A stretch of DNA of 64,000 bases from a virus (taxonomy: Duplodnaviria > Caudoviricetes): IMG/VR virus record IMGVR_UViG_3300021964_010723; one strand, 5' to 3'. The stretch's first letter is position 1. Each line of letters starts with the position of its first letter. The notes under the pieces are model-generated. The model was not told where the DNA came from. It was given only the letters and a program-made list of their open reading frames with translations, and made no database searches. Below are positions 1 through 7,880 of the stretch, one piece after another. The position numbers and the translations under genes were made by a program.

Positions 1-328
1 CGTCATCAGCTTCGTCAACTTCTTCATCTTGTTCTTCTTGCAACAAATTTTCATAAATTTGTCTTGATTTTTCTACTACAATCTCATGGAATAGATCTTC
101 TGCTCGTGCTGTATCTTCATTCACAAGATACTCAAGCATTTGTTGAAATTTATCAACTGATTCTTTTTTCATAGGTCCTGATTTTGCTGTAGAACCTGTT
201 TTTTGAGTATCAGCTTTTTCAGCTTGATCTAATTCTTTTTGTTTTTGATCGCTGACCGGACCTTTTTTACTGCCAGCTACTGGCTTTACTGCCTCGTTCA
301 CTCGCTTTCTTGTTCTTTTTTCTGCCAT
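1..328 (-). CDS. Probable prohead core/scaffold protein, N-terminal part only (runs off the window edge; not in the ORF track)
   Basis: ATG at 328 preceded by the SD TAGGAG. Hand translation gives MAEKRTRKRVNEAVKPVAG...DKFQQMLEYLVNEDTARAEDLFHEIVVEKSRQIYENLLQEEQDEEVDEADD, with no stop before position 1. It is acidic and helical and lies downstream of the portal, as T4-like core/scaffold genes do. Confidence 0.6.
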   Translation of the reverse strand, partial: MAEKRTRKRVNEAVKPVAGSKKGPVSDQKQKELDQAEKADTQKTGSTAKSGPMKKESVDKFQQMLEYLVNEDTARAEDLFHEIVVEKSRQIYENLLQEEQDEEVDEADD

Positions 329-372
329 TGATTACTCCTATAAAATTACCAAATGGTAAGGCTGTCATACTA

Positions 373-378
373 TATTTA
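373..378 (-). promoter_or_regulatory. Possible late promoter core (TAAATA); second copy at 383-388
   Basis: TAAATA lies on the minus strand in the intergenic gap upstream of the scaffold-like ORF. The motif is short and common in AT-rich DNA. Confidence 0.35.
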
Positions 379-424
379 CTGTTATTTAATTAAAATGTTA
401 TTAAATAGGTGAAAAAATGTGGTT

Positions 425-949
425 TTATAGATTGAACGTTTGTAAAAAAAAATCTTTTTGCATTGTTTTGTAATTTGTAAATAATTCAAAATCAGGCGGA
501 TTGTATGTATTTGGCTCTATTACTCTTATAAAAGTTATATTTGGATTATCTTTTATTATCATTTTAGTTTGTCTTGACCAATTACCAAAAAATGTAGCTC
601 CGTCGGAACTTTTTTTATAGTTAGGTGTATTTGCATATATATTATTAAATTTTTTTCCGTTATCTAAACCTTTATAATCAAAACCTAATATATAAATTTC
701 AAGAAAATTATGCTGTGTTGCAAGCCATAAAGCTGTAGGACCACTACTCCACCCTTTGCTAGGTTGAAAATAGTTGAAATTATTCATACGCTCAAATGAT
801 CTGTTTGGATTTGTCCAAACAGTGTTACAGTTTTGGTATCCTGATTTGTTTATTTCGAGAATCATTTTTACATCTACTGCAATTAAATAATCTGGAGAAA
901 ACTCTCTGTATAAGGCATTGCAGCCATAAATTGTACCAATACTTTTCAA
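425..949 (-). CDS. Conserved phage protein, DUF115/MAF_flag10-like; the true gene probably begins at GTG 1143 across a frameshift
   Basis: Motifs IYGCNALYR, PDYLIAVD, GWSSGPTAL and IYILGFD. The same frame upstream of 949 encodes AFVLGNGISR, the usual N-terminal motif of this type of protein. Confidence 0.55.
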   Translation of the reverse strand: MKSIGTIYGCNALYREFSPDYLIAVDVKMILEINKSGYQNCNTVWTNPNRSFERMNNFNYFQPSKGWSSGPTALWLATQHNFLEIYILGFDYKGLDNGKKFNNIYANTPNYKKSSDGATFFGNWSRQTKMIIKDNPNITFIRVIEPNTYNPPDFELFTNYKTMQKDFFLQTFNL

Positions 950-1139
950 GACTGCTAAATCTATTCCTTGTCGAGAAATACCATTACCGAGTACAAATGC
1001 TAAATTATGACTCTTATTGACTCTATCTTTTGCATCTAGTTTTATGATTTGAGTTTCTTTTTTTTTTGATTTTTTGCTATTCTACGTTGTTCTTTTATTA
1101 GTTTAAATTCTTCTTTAGTGTATAATGATTTATCAATTT

Positions 1140-1397
1140 TCACACTAACCCTTCACCTGCTGCAGCGGCTTGAGCAGCCATTCCGTACATCTGTCTTACA
1201 AATTCAATCTCATTGGCTTTTTCTTTATCATGGAGTTCTGCTGCTTTCCTAGCACGATTTATCTGTTTAAGGGTTAATCTTGTTTTCCTAGTGTCGTCTA
1301 GATCAACAACAGATTTGTCATACTGTGGCTCGTACCTGTCATCTTCTGCAGGCTCCATAGTTTCTTTATCATAATAAAATAATTCACGTAGTATCAT
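1140..1397 (-). CDS. Small conserved head-associated protein downstream of the portal (positional analogue of T4 gp67/gp68); start corrected to ATG 1397
   Basis: 85 aa, MILRELFYYDKET...TRKTRLTLKQINRARK...FVRQMYG. The longer 1565 start in the track is out-of-frame overlap with the portal C-terminus. TATAAATA sits just upstream of ATG 1397. Confidence 0.6.
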   Translation of the reverse strand: MILRELFYYDKETMEPAEDDRYEPQYDKSVVDLDDTRKTRLTLKQINRARKAAELHDKEKANEIEFVRQMYGMAAQAAAAGEGLV

Positions 1398-1401
1398 ACT
1401 G

Positions 1402-1409
1402 TATTTATA
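1402..1409 (-). promoter_or_regulatory. T4-type late promoter TATAAATA, overlapping the portal stop codon
   Basis: Exact match to the T4 gp55 late consensus, 4 nt upstream of ATG 1397. Confidence 0.7.
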
Positions 1410-3162
1410 CCGTCGGGGCGGCTCCTGTATCTGCTGGGGCGGCTTCGGCTCCTGGTTCAGGAACTGTTGCGCTTGTCGGCGGTTCACCTTCGCCGCCGTC
1501 TTCCATTCCTTCAATATCTGCAATATCTTCTGCACCTCCGACATCTGCAGAAATACCTGCACCACTTATACCAACGCCTCGCATTTCAGCAGCAGCGTCG
1601 CCACCACCTGGTTGTAGAGTTTCGTCATTTTCTTCACGCCATAGCCGTTCATTTTCTGCAATTTCTTCTTCACTTAATCCTAGATATCTTTTTAATGCAA
1701 AACGATTAGCAATAAATGGTATAGCTTGTAATTGTCCAAATGTACCAATCCTTTGGGTGTCAAGTTCAGATTGTCTATATGCTGCAAAATTTTGAGGAGG
1801 ACAAAACTTTATATCAAACATTGCGGTATCTATATTCACGCCCTTTTCTAGTAAATATCTTTTAAATTCTTGATCAAATTCTTCTATTAATAAGTTTTGT
1901 AATCGTTCACAGTAAGTGTTAAATCTCAATTCTTGTATATATGCCGTACCTACTCGACCGTCATTATATTGAGCATTGCTATCGTCGGCACCGGTAGGTA
2001 AATAACTGCTAGGTATACGTAAACCTCTTACTAATTTGTTGGTAAAATATCGCAAGTCATCTATTTCACCTAGGTTAGTTCCGCCTGGAAGGGTTTCAAC
2101 TTTGCTACCTCTGCCTTCGGCTGTTTGAGGGAAAAAGTAATCTTCGTTGATTGACAGAGGATTATAGCTACTGTCTATGACGTTTGTTCCTCCTCCTGTC
2201 TTGGATGGTATTCTCCGCTGATGGATTTCCGTTTTTACACGCTCCACAAACTGCATTGCAAGATGGCTAGGCATGTTACCCACATCAACATAAAAAACTC
2301 TTCTCTCAGGTGCTCTTTGCACCCTGTAAATTATAATTGCGTCTTCTAGTAATTCTTTTTGCTTGTAAACTTTGAAAATACTTTCTAATAAACTGTTACC
2401 GAAAGGAAAATTTTCATCTAATCCTTCGCTTAAACTTATGTGTAGAATATGATCTGCATTTACTGCAATCTCTTCTTGTTCAAGCATAAATCTCGAGCCA
2501 CCTTGTGTTGGATTAGTTGGTCCAACCATTCCCCTAGCTCCACCTGTTAAGTAACCTGTTCCGCCACCAGTTACACTACCATTTGTTTGCAAAGGTTGTG
2601 TTGCAACAAGATCCTTAAAGTTTAATGCTACATCTTGTACGATATATTGTTCAGGTTCTTTGCCTTCACTTTCGTTAACTATTATACGATTTACTTTTGC
2701 AGGATCAACATAAAATAATTTTTTTGTTTCCGGATCTCTTAAGAAAAAAGTATCGCCATATTTGAATGTATTCCTTACAATCCTAAACATTCTAGTTTCA
2801 AATTCTTGTAGTTTATACCATTGTTTTAAGTATTCGCTTAGGATTTGTACTTCGGTGTTTGTAGCATTCTTATAAAATTTAAATTCAAAATGAGTATCAT
2901 TCTTTTTATTTTTTTGCGTACAAAATTCTGCAAGGATATCAAGTGCAGCATTTACTTCTGAATCCATATCCATAGTATTGTACTGTCCGTATCTTTCAAC
3001 TCGATTAGGTGCACCGGTATAGATATCTGGTAAGAATGAATTGTAATTAGATCTTGCTGGACCAGGCTTATTCGAAAATTCTCTTCCGCTTATAGGTCCA
3101 TAATCTTCATTCGTATCCCTGTTTTTTTTTGTTGCAGGTGTAAAATATTTTTTCCAACTCAT
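1405..3162 (-). CDS. gp20: Portal vertex protein (T4 gp20-like)
   Basis: Hallmark motifs MDMDSEVNAALDILAE, KQKELLEDAIIIYRVQRAPERRVFYVDVGNMP, EDYFFPQTAEGRGSKVETLPGGTNLGEIDDLRYF and LRIPSS. Confidence 0.95.
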   Translation of the reverse strand: MSWKKYFTPATKKNRDTNEDYGPISGREFSNKPGPARSNYNSFLPDIYTGAPNRVERYGQYNTMDMDSEVNAALDILAEFCTQKNKKNDTHFEFKFYKNATNTEVQILSEYLKQWYKLQEFETRMFRIVRNTFKYGDTFFLRDPETKKLFYVDPAKVNRIIVNESEGKEPEQYIVQDVALNFKDLVATQPLQTNGSVTGGGTGYLTGGARGMVGPTNPTQGGSRFMLEQEEIAVNADHILHISLSEGLDENFPFGNSLLESIFKVYKQKELLEDAIIIYRVQRAPERRVFYVDVGNMPSHLAMQFVERVKTEIHQRRIPSKTGGGTNVIDSSYNPLSINEDYFFPQTAEGRGSKVETLPGGTNLGEIDDLRYFTNKLVRGLRIPSSYLPTGADDSNAQYNDGRVGTAYIQELRFNTYCERLQNLLIEEFDQEFKRYLLEKGVNIDTAMFDIKFCPPQNFAAYRQSELDTQRIGTFGQLQAIPFIANRFALKRYLGLSEEEIAENERLWREENDETLQPGGGDAAAEMRGVGISGAGISADVGGAEDIADIEGMEDGGEGEPPTSATVPEPGAEAAPADTGAAPTV

Positions 3163-5699
3163 ACTAATTGTGCATCCGGATTATTTTTTTTCTGTTTTGC
3201 TCTAAAAATCTCATTACTCTCTTTATTTACCTCAATAAGTTCTCTCACTGCACTAATAAGACGTCCGTAATCAGATACAGCATTTTGATTATTTTGGCTA
3301 TTAGCTAAATCTCCAATCATTGTAGTCTGCGCTTTTAACTCCGTAAGGATTAAAGTTGGCGTGTTATCAGTGGGTTCAATCCTGTTATTATCATTTTCTT
3401 TAGGTTTGCTAGAGCTAGATGAATTAGTCAAGTGATGAACAAGTTGCATTTGATTTTCGTGCATTTTATTATGACTCATAGTCATTTCTTGTATTGCTGT
3501 AGTAAGAGTCTTATAAATTTCCTCTGCTTTATTTCCAACATTCTCTTGCGCTACATTTTCTTCTTCAGCCTCATTTATGTTTTCTAAGTCGTTTGTTTTA
3601 GGTCCGTTAATTTGAGTTACACCTGCATCTTCTATTTGAGGAACCTTAAGATCTTCTTCTGCCTCATTCACTTTTTCTAAGTCGTTAGTTTTTGGTCCGT
3701 TAATTTGAGTAGCACTTGCATCTTCTATTTGAGGAACCTTAGGATCTGTTTTAAAATCTGCATTAATTTGGGTAGCACTTGCATCTTTTATTTGAGGAAC
3801 ATTAGGATCTGTTTTCAAATCTTCATTTTTAGATTTATCTTCTTTATTGATAAATTGTTGGAGTAATGATTCATTATCACCGAGTAAATTTTGTAAAATG
3901 TCAACTGTACTATCAGATAACGACTGTATCCCGTATTCTAAAGCTTTTAGGTCCTCTGGACTTAAATTTTCTATTTCTCCTAGCTTATCTGCATAGGCCT
4001 GTGCAATTTCCTCATTTTTTTCCTTTTCCAACCTTGCTTTTATTTCTGCTTTTGCCCTACCTGCTCCACCGCCACCTTCTTCACTACTAAAAAATCCTGC
4101 TCCTAATTCTCTACGCAATTTTGCCTTTTCAGACCCAATTTCAGTATTAGCATATTGTTCATATAACTTCAATTGATCATCAGTTATGCCTAAATCGGCT
4201 CTCTCTGTTTTGCTTAATTTCTTTATTTCTTCAAGCAACGCTTTGTCATCGTTTAATTGCAAAATATTTCCTGTTAACTCATCTACTTTTGCTATTAATT
4301 CTTGCGTAAAGTCAGAAGCGGCTCCTTCTTGTACATCTGCTTGAAAGGCTAGCATATCTTGCTCATAATCAACTTCTGCACCAAATGCTTGTTGATTCAC
4401 TGTCCTTTGAGCTTCTACTGTAACATCTGTTTGCGCTTTTTGAGCAGCGCCAATTGTCCTTCGTATTTCTCCACCTTCTGCCATCCCATCAAACTGTGCT
4501 GCAGTTTGATCAGTTGCTGCTTTAAGTGTATCATTCCATGCCTTTAAAAATGTAGCAGTGTCGCCGGTGATACCCTCAAGCCCTTCTATATTTCCTTTAA
4601 CTCTATCTATTATAGGTCCTATTTCTTCAAAGGCATCTGCTTGAGTTTTTGCTACATCACTAACTTGAGCAAGCGCAGCTAATCTTAAACCTTCCTCACT
4701 TTGAGCAAAAGCTGCAGCTTCTGCAGCAGCTTTTTCACTTAATTCTTTAGCTAATGCAATATCTCCTCTTTTTGTAGCTGCAGCAGCTTCTTCTAATAAA
4801 CCATATGTTTCACTATTGAGTGAAGCAAAGTTTTTAGTTGCTTCACTCATAGGAACACCTGTTTGAATTAAATCATCTAATAGGTTTTGAACAACAGGTG
4901 CAGCTTGCTGTAACGCAGCCTGAGCACCTTCATATGCTTTACTTGCTCCTACTGCACCTTGTCTTTCAGCTAACTGTAGAGAAGCTTGAGTGGCGCCAGA
5001 TTTTTTCCTTTGATTAATCTCATTTTGCATATCCTCTGCATTTTTGCCAGTTAATTTGCTGATAATTGTTAAAGATTTTGCGTATTTGGCAGCTTGTTGA
5101 ATTTGTTGATTAGTTGATAGCCCTTGTAATCTCATACTCCTTTGATTTTGAGCAAGATACTTTACAGTAAATCCTGTTAATTCCTCTGTGCTGTATCCTA
5201 ACTCCCTAAACCTTGCGTCTATTCCAGTATCACGGAGTGCTTGACCAATTGTACCAATTGCTTTGGTACCACCGTCAACTCCTCCTGCAAATCTCACAAG
5301 GTCTTTGCTATTGCTGATAACAAGCTCAGCAAAGCCTGCTAATCCCAATCTCGAATCAGTTACAGATGTCCTTAATTGTATTAGATTACCAGATAATCCA
5401 CCGCCTACTTTGCTTAGATGTTCAAACGCAGTAATACCTGATTCAAAATAGGATGCAGCATCTGCTCCTACGTTTGCAAGAGATTGAAAAGTATTTCCTA
5501 ATACAGGAACTACGCTTGCTAGACTTCCAATGCTAGTAATTGTCTGTTGTAAACTTACAGTTCCTTGATTTAAAACTTGTGTGAACGAACCACTTGCACC
5601 TTCTAAGTTTTGAGTAAGGCTGTTGATCGATAAACCTGCTTTTTTTGCTTGTTCGAGCAATGTTTCCACTACTTTATCTAGTTCTTCTTGCGTTGGCAT
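3159..5699 (-). CDS. Tail tape-measure-like protein
   Basis: 846 aa, Ala/Gln/Gly-rich and predicted helical, with typical segments (ELGYSTEELTGF, LSKLTGK-like IISKLTGKNAEDM). It is adjacent to a chaperone-like gp26/gp51 pair and overlaps the portal start as ATGA. Confidence 0.75.
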   Translation of the reverse strand: MPTQEELDKVVETLLEQAKKAGLSINSLTQNLEGASGSFTQVLNQGTVSLQQTITSIGSLASVVPVLGNTFQSLANVGADAASYFESGITAFEHLSKVGGGLSGNLIQLRTSVTDSRLGLAGFAELVISNSKDLVRFAGGVDGGTKAIGTIGQALRDTGIDARFRELGYSTEELTGFTVKYLAQNQRSMRLQGLSTNQQIQQAAKYAKSLTIISKLTGKNAEDMQNEINQRKKSGATQASLQLAERQGAVGASKAYEGAQAALQQAAPVVQNLLDDLIQTGVPMSEATKNFASLNSETYGLLEEAAAATKRGDIALAKELSEKAAAEAAAFAQSEEGLRLAALAQVSDVAKTQADAFEEIGPIIDRVKGNIEGLEGITGDTATFLKAWNDTLKAATDQTAAQFDGMAEGGEIRRTIGAAQKAQTDVTVEAQRTVNQQAFGAEVDYEQDMLAFQADVQEGAASDFTQELIAKVDELTGNILQLNDDKALLEEIKKLSKTERADLGITDDQLKLYEQYANTEIGSEKAKLRRELGAGFFSSEEGGGGAGRAKAEIKARLEKEKNEEIAQAYADKLGEIENLSPEDLKALEYGIQSLSDSTVDILQNLLGDNESLLQQFINKEDKSKNEDLKTDPNVPQIKDASATQINADFKTDPKVPQIEDASATQINGPKTNDLEKVNEAEEDLKVPQIEDAGVTQINGPKTNDLENINEAEEENVAQENVGNKAEEIYKTLTTAIQEMTMSHNKMHENQMQLVHHLTNSSSSSKPKENDNNRIEPTDNTPTLILTELKAQTTMIGDLANSQNNQNAVSDYGRLISAVRELIEVNKESNEIFRAKQKKNNPDAQLV
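3562..3820 (-). repeat. Three imperfect in-frame tandem repeats in the tape-measure C-terminal region
   Basis: Three copies of (N/K)VPQI(K/E)DA(S/G)(A/V)TQIN. Copies 2 and 3 continue GPKTNDLE(K/N)(V/I)NEAEE; copies 1 and 2 are preceded by KTDP. The DNA is near-identical, e.g. gcatcttctatttgaggaacctta. Confidence 0.9.
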
Positions 5700-5736
5700 A
5701 AATATTTTCCTATAAAATTAAATGTTGCATTAATAC

Positions 5737-5743
5737 TATTTAT
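5737..5743 (-). promoter_or_regulatory. Probable late promoter (ATAAATA) for the tape measure-portal operon
   Basis: ATAAATA on the minus strand in the short divergent gap upstream of ATG 5699. Confidence 0.5.
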
Positions 5744-5753
5744 TTGGAGATTT

Positions 5754-6596
5754 ATGGCAAGCTTTCTCAATCAATTTACTCGACAGCCCAAGATATTTGG
5801 AACTTTACCTAGTCAAGGAATCACATATAATCAAGAAGTTATACAAGACATGAATGTAACTAGTGTTCCTATTTTTGGAATGAACACCATGGATGAATTA
5901 ATTTTAAAAACACCTGATGCTTTATTTTCAGGAGAAGCTACAGCTCTAGTTGTTAAAAGCTGCATTCCGTCTATTTTAGATCCTTGGAAAATTTTAACTG
6001 CTGATATGGATTACTTATTAATTGGTGTAAGAATTGCAACATATGGAGATAGATTACCTATTACAACTACATGTCCTAAATGCAAAGCGGATACTAAGAG
6101 TGATCTACATTTACCAAGTCTGTTAGACAATTATACGTCCCAAGAACCTGTAGAAAAAATTACATTTAATGGTTTAGATTTAGATATTGTTCCATTAACT
6201 TATGAAATCTCAACTAAAATATCAAAAGACAACTATCAAATGCAAAGAACACTGTTGCATATTGATCAACAAAAAGATTTATCAGAGGAACAAAAAGATC
6301 TACAAAAACAAACAATCTACAAAAGTTTATCTATGTTAAATTTTGAGACTGTCTTACATCATGTTTATAGTATATCTGACGGACAAAATGTAGAGACAGA
6401 CAAAGAAGAAATTTTTGCTTTCGTCAAAAATTCTGAGATAGGTTTATATAAGTTAATAGAAGATGCTACGAATATAATTTCTAAAAAGTTTGCCCTACCA
6501 AAAGTTGACGTTGCCTGCTCAAGCGAAACATGCAATCATGTTTACAAAAGCGAAACTTCTTTTGATTATTCAAATTTTTTCGAAGTCAGATCTTAA
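5754..6596 (+). CDS. gp26: Baseplate hub assembly / tail assembly chaperone-like protein (T4 gp26-like); start corrected to ATG 5754
   Basis: GGAG SD before ATG 5754. Motifs LPSQG, DELILKTPDALFSGEA, IKSC-like VKSCIPSI, DYLLIGVRIATYG, two CxxC-type motifs (CPKC; CSSETC) and C-terminal NFF. Confidence 0.8.
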   Translation: MASFLNQFTRQPKIFGTLPSQGITYNQEVIQDMNVTSVPIFGMNTMDELILKTPDALFSGEATALVVKSCIPSILDPWKILTADMDYLLIGVRIATYGDRLPITTTCPKCKADTKSDLHLPSLLDNYTSQEPVEKITFNGLDLDIVPLTYEISTKISKDNYQMQRTLLHIDQQKDLSEEQKDLQKQTIYKSLSMLNFETVLHHVYSISDGQNVETDKEEIFAFVKNSEIGLYKLIEDATNIISKKFALPKVDVACSSETCNHVYKSETSFDYSNFFEVRS

Positions 6597-6814
6597 AGCT
6601 CGATAGATCTGGCGTAGAACAATTAATTACTAAGCATGAGCAAGATCAAAAAACTATAAAATATAATATGTATAAGATTGGTTGGTACATGCGCGGAAGT
6701 TTAAGCTATACTGATTTAATGCGAAATATATCGGTTGACGACAAAGAAATAATGAATACAATTATAAAAGAAAACATTGATCTAAGTGTTCAAGCAAAGA
6801 TGCCTCTGCTGTAA
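6575..6814 (+). CDS. gp51-like / GT-like C-terminal chaperone extension, probably reached by -1 frameshift from the gp26-like ORF (not in the ORF track)
   Basis: The -1 frame is open from 6566 to TAA 6812-6814 and encodes FFRSQILKLDRSGVEQLITKHEQDQKTIKYNMYKIGWYMRGSLSYTDLMRNISVDDKEIMNTIIKENIDLSVQAKMPLL. Its first ATG (6668) has no SD. The slippery heptamer T TTT TTC is at 6575-6581. Confidence 0.65.
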   Translation, partial: FFRSQILKLDRSGVEQLITKHEQDQKTIKYNMYKIGWYMRGSLSYTDLMRNISVDDKEIMNTIIKENIDLSVQAKMPLL

Positions 6815-6819
6815 ATTTA

Positions 6820-7851
6820 TTATTTTATATTAGGAAAAAACTTTTGTAATGTTGACGTAATACGTTCAATATCTAGATTCCTAACCATTCTAAGGAAAGT
6901 AGTTAACTTATCAATTACCCATCTATCGTCTTCAGGAACAAGTGCGAGTAATTCTTTTTGCTTACTTTCTAAGAGTGCTGCTGTTTCTTTTCCTTCTCCA
7001 AAAGGTATCATATTGCCAATACCAGAAATTAAAGAACAATCATCCATCAAAGACAACGATGAATAAACTGCAGTTTTACACCAATCTTCAATAGGTGCTT
7101 TAAAGTCTGCTGCAGAGAAAACGCTTTTAACAGCTTCTCCAGTAAGATACCCTCCTGCCAAAGCTACAAGTGCGGTTATTAAAGCTGCAGCTCCTACAGT
7201 TGGAGCTAGACCAACTATAATTGGAGCTAATATACTAGCTGTTATATAGCCGCCACTACCCATAAACAATGCAGTAACTAAACGGTCAATTAACAGTTCT
7301 ACTGATTCATCTATTTTTTTTCTAAAATAAGCAATGTCTACTGCTACCGGTCTTCCTGTATACGGACTAATATTGTTTCTGTTAAGTTTTTCACTACAAC
7401 CATTCAGTTCATAAGCTATTATGTAGCGTCTACTGTAAGTGATTACATCATCAGCAGCAGGAACCGTAATGGCTAATTTGAATAGCCATCCGCCAAACCA
7501 ACTTTTTGACCATTTTCGTGTTTTTTCTACTGCATTCCTTTTTGCCTTTTTTAATTTTTCTTTATCTTTTTGTTTTTGTTTTTTATATTTGTCTTTGTCT
7601 TGTTGCTGATCTTTATCATTATATTTTTTCTTTTTAGTATCTTTAAAACGTTTTTTTTGGTTTTTATCTTCAGCATTTGCAGTTTTTATAAGATTCTTTG
7701 CTTCAATTTTACCTTCATCACCTACAAATTCTTTACTAATATAATTCTTGTTTTCGATATCATATATTCGATAAACTGGTTGTCCTTTATCAAACGTTAA
7801 AGTTTGATGAATTATAAATCTTTCTTCATTTATTATTTGAGATACTAACAT
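6820..7851 (-). CDS. Hypothetical protein, probable head-internal/ejected protein with transmembrane-like helices
   Basis: N-terminal MLVSQIINEE resembles prohead-protease-cleaved leaders ending in I/LxE. It has a Lys/Gln-rich charged tract and a long Gly/Ala-rich hydrophobic segment (ALFMGSGG...LVALAGGYL), and a late promoter upstream. Confidence 0.5.
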   Translation of the reverse strand: MLVSQIINEERFIIHQTLTFDKGQPVYRIYDIENKNYISKEFVGDEGKIEAKNLIKTANAEDKNQKKRFKDTKKKKYNDKDQQQDKDKYKKQKQKDKEKLKKAKRNAVEKTRKWSKSWFGGWLFKLAITVPAADDVITYSRRYIIAYELNGCSEKLNRNNISPYTGRPVAVDIAYFRKKIDESVELLIDRLVTALFMGSGGYITASILAPIIVGLAPTVGAAALITALVALAGGYLTGEAVKSVFSAADFKAPIEDWCKTAVYSSLSLMDDCSLISGIGNMIPFGEGKETAALLESKQKELLALVPEDDRWVIDKLTTFLRMVRNLDIERITSTLQKFFPNIK

Positions 7852-7871
7852 ATAATTTTATCCAATTACTG

Positions 7872-7879
7872 TATTTATA
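7872..7879 (-). promoter_or_regulatory. T4-type late promoter TATAAATA
   Basis: Exact consensus 20 nt upstream of ATG 7851. Confidence 0.7.
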
Positions 7880-7880
7880 A

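Noticed and set aside
1398-1565. N-terminal extension of the 141-aa ORF in the track
   Set aside because: It is an out-of-frame reading of the portal C-terminus. A late promoter and ATG at 1397 define the more plausible 85-aa gene.
1405-1620. GC-rich, Gly/Ala/Glu/Pro-rich portal C-terminal tail as a foreign insertion
   Set aside because: Low-complexity acidic tails are common on T4-like portals, and the amino-acid composition explains the GC rise.
5688-5753. N-terminal extension of the gp26-like ORF (MRWHKYF...)
   Set aside because: It overlaps the start of the divergent tape-measure gene and the promoter gap. GGAG plus ATG 5754 is the better start.
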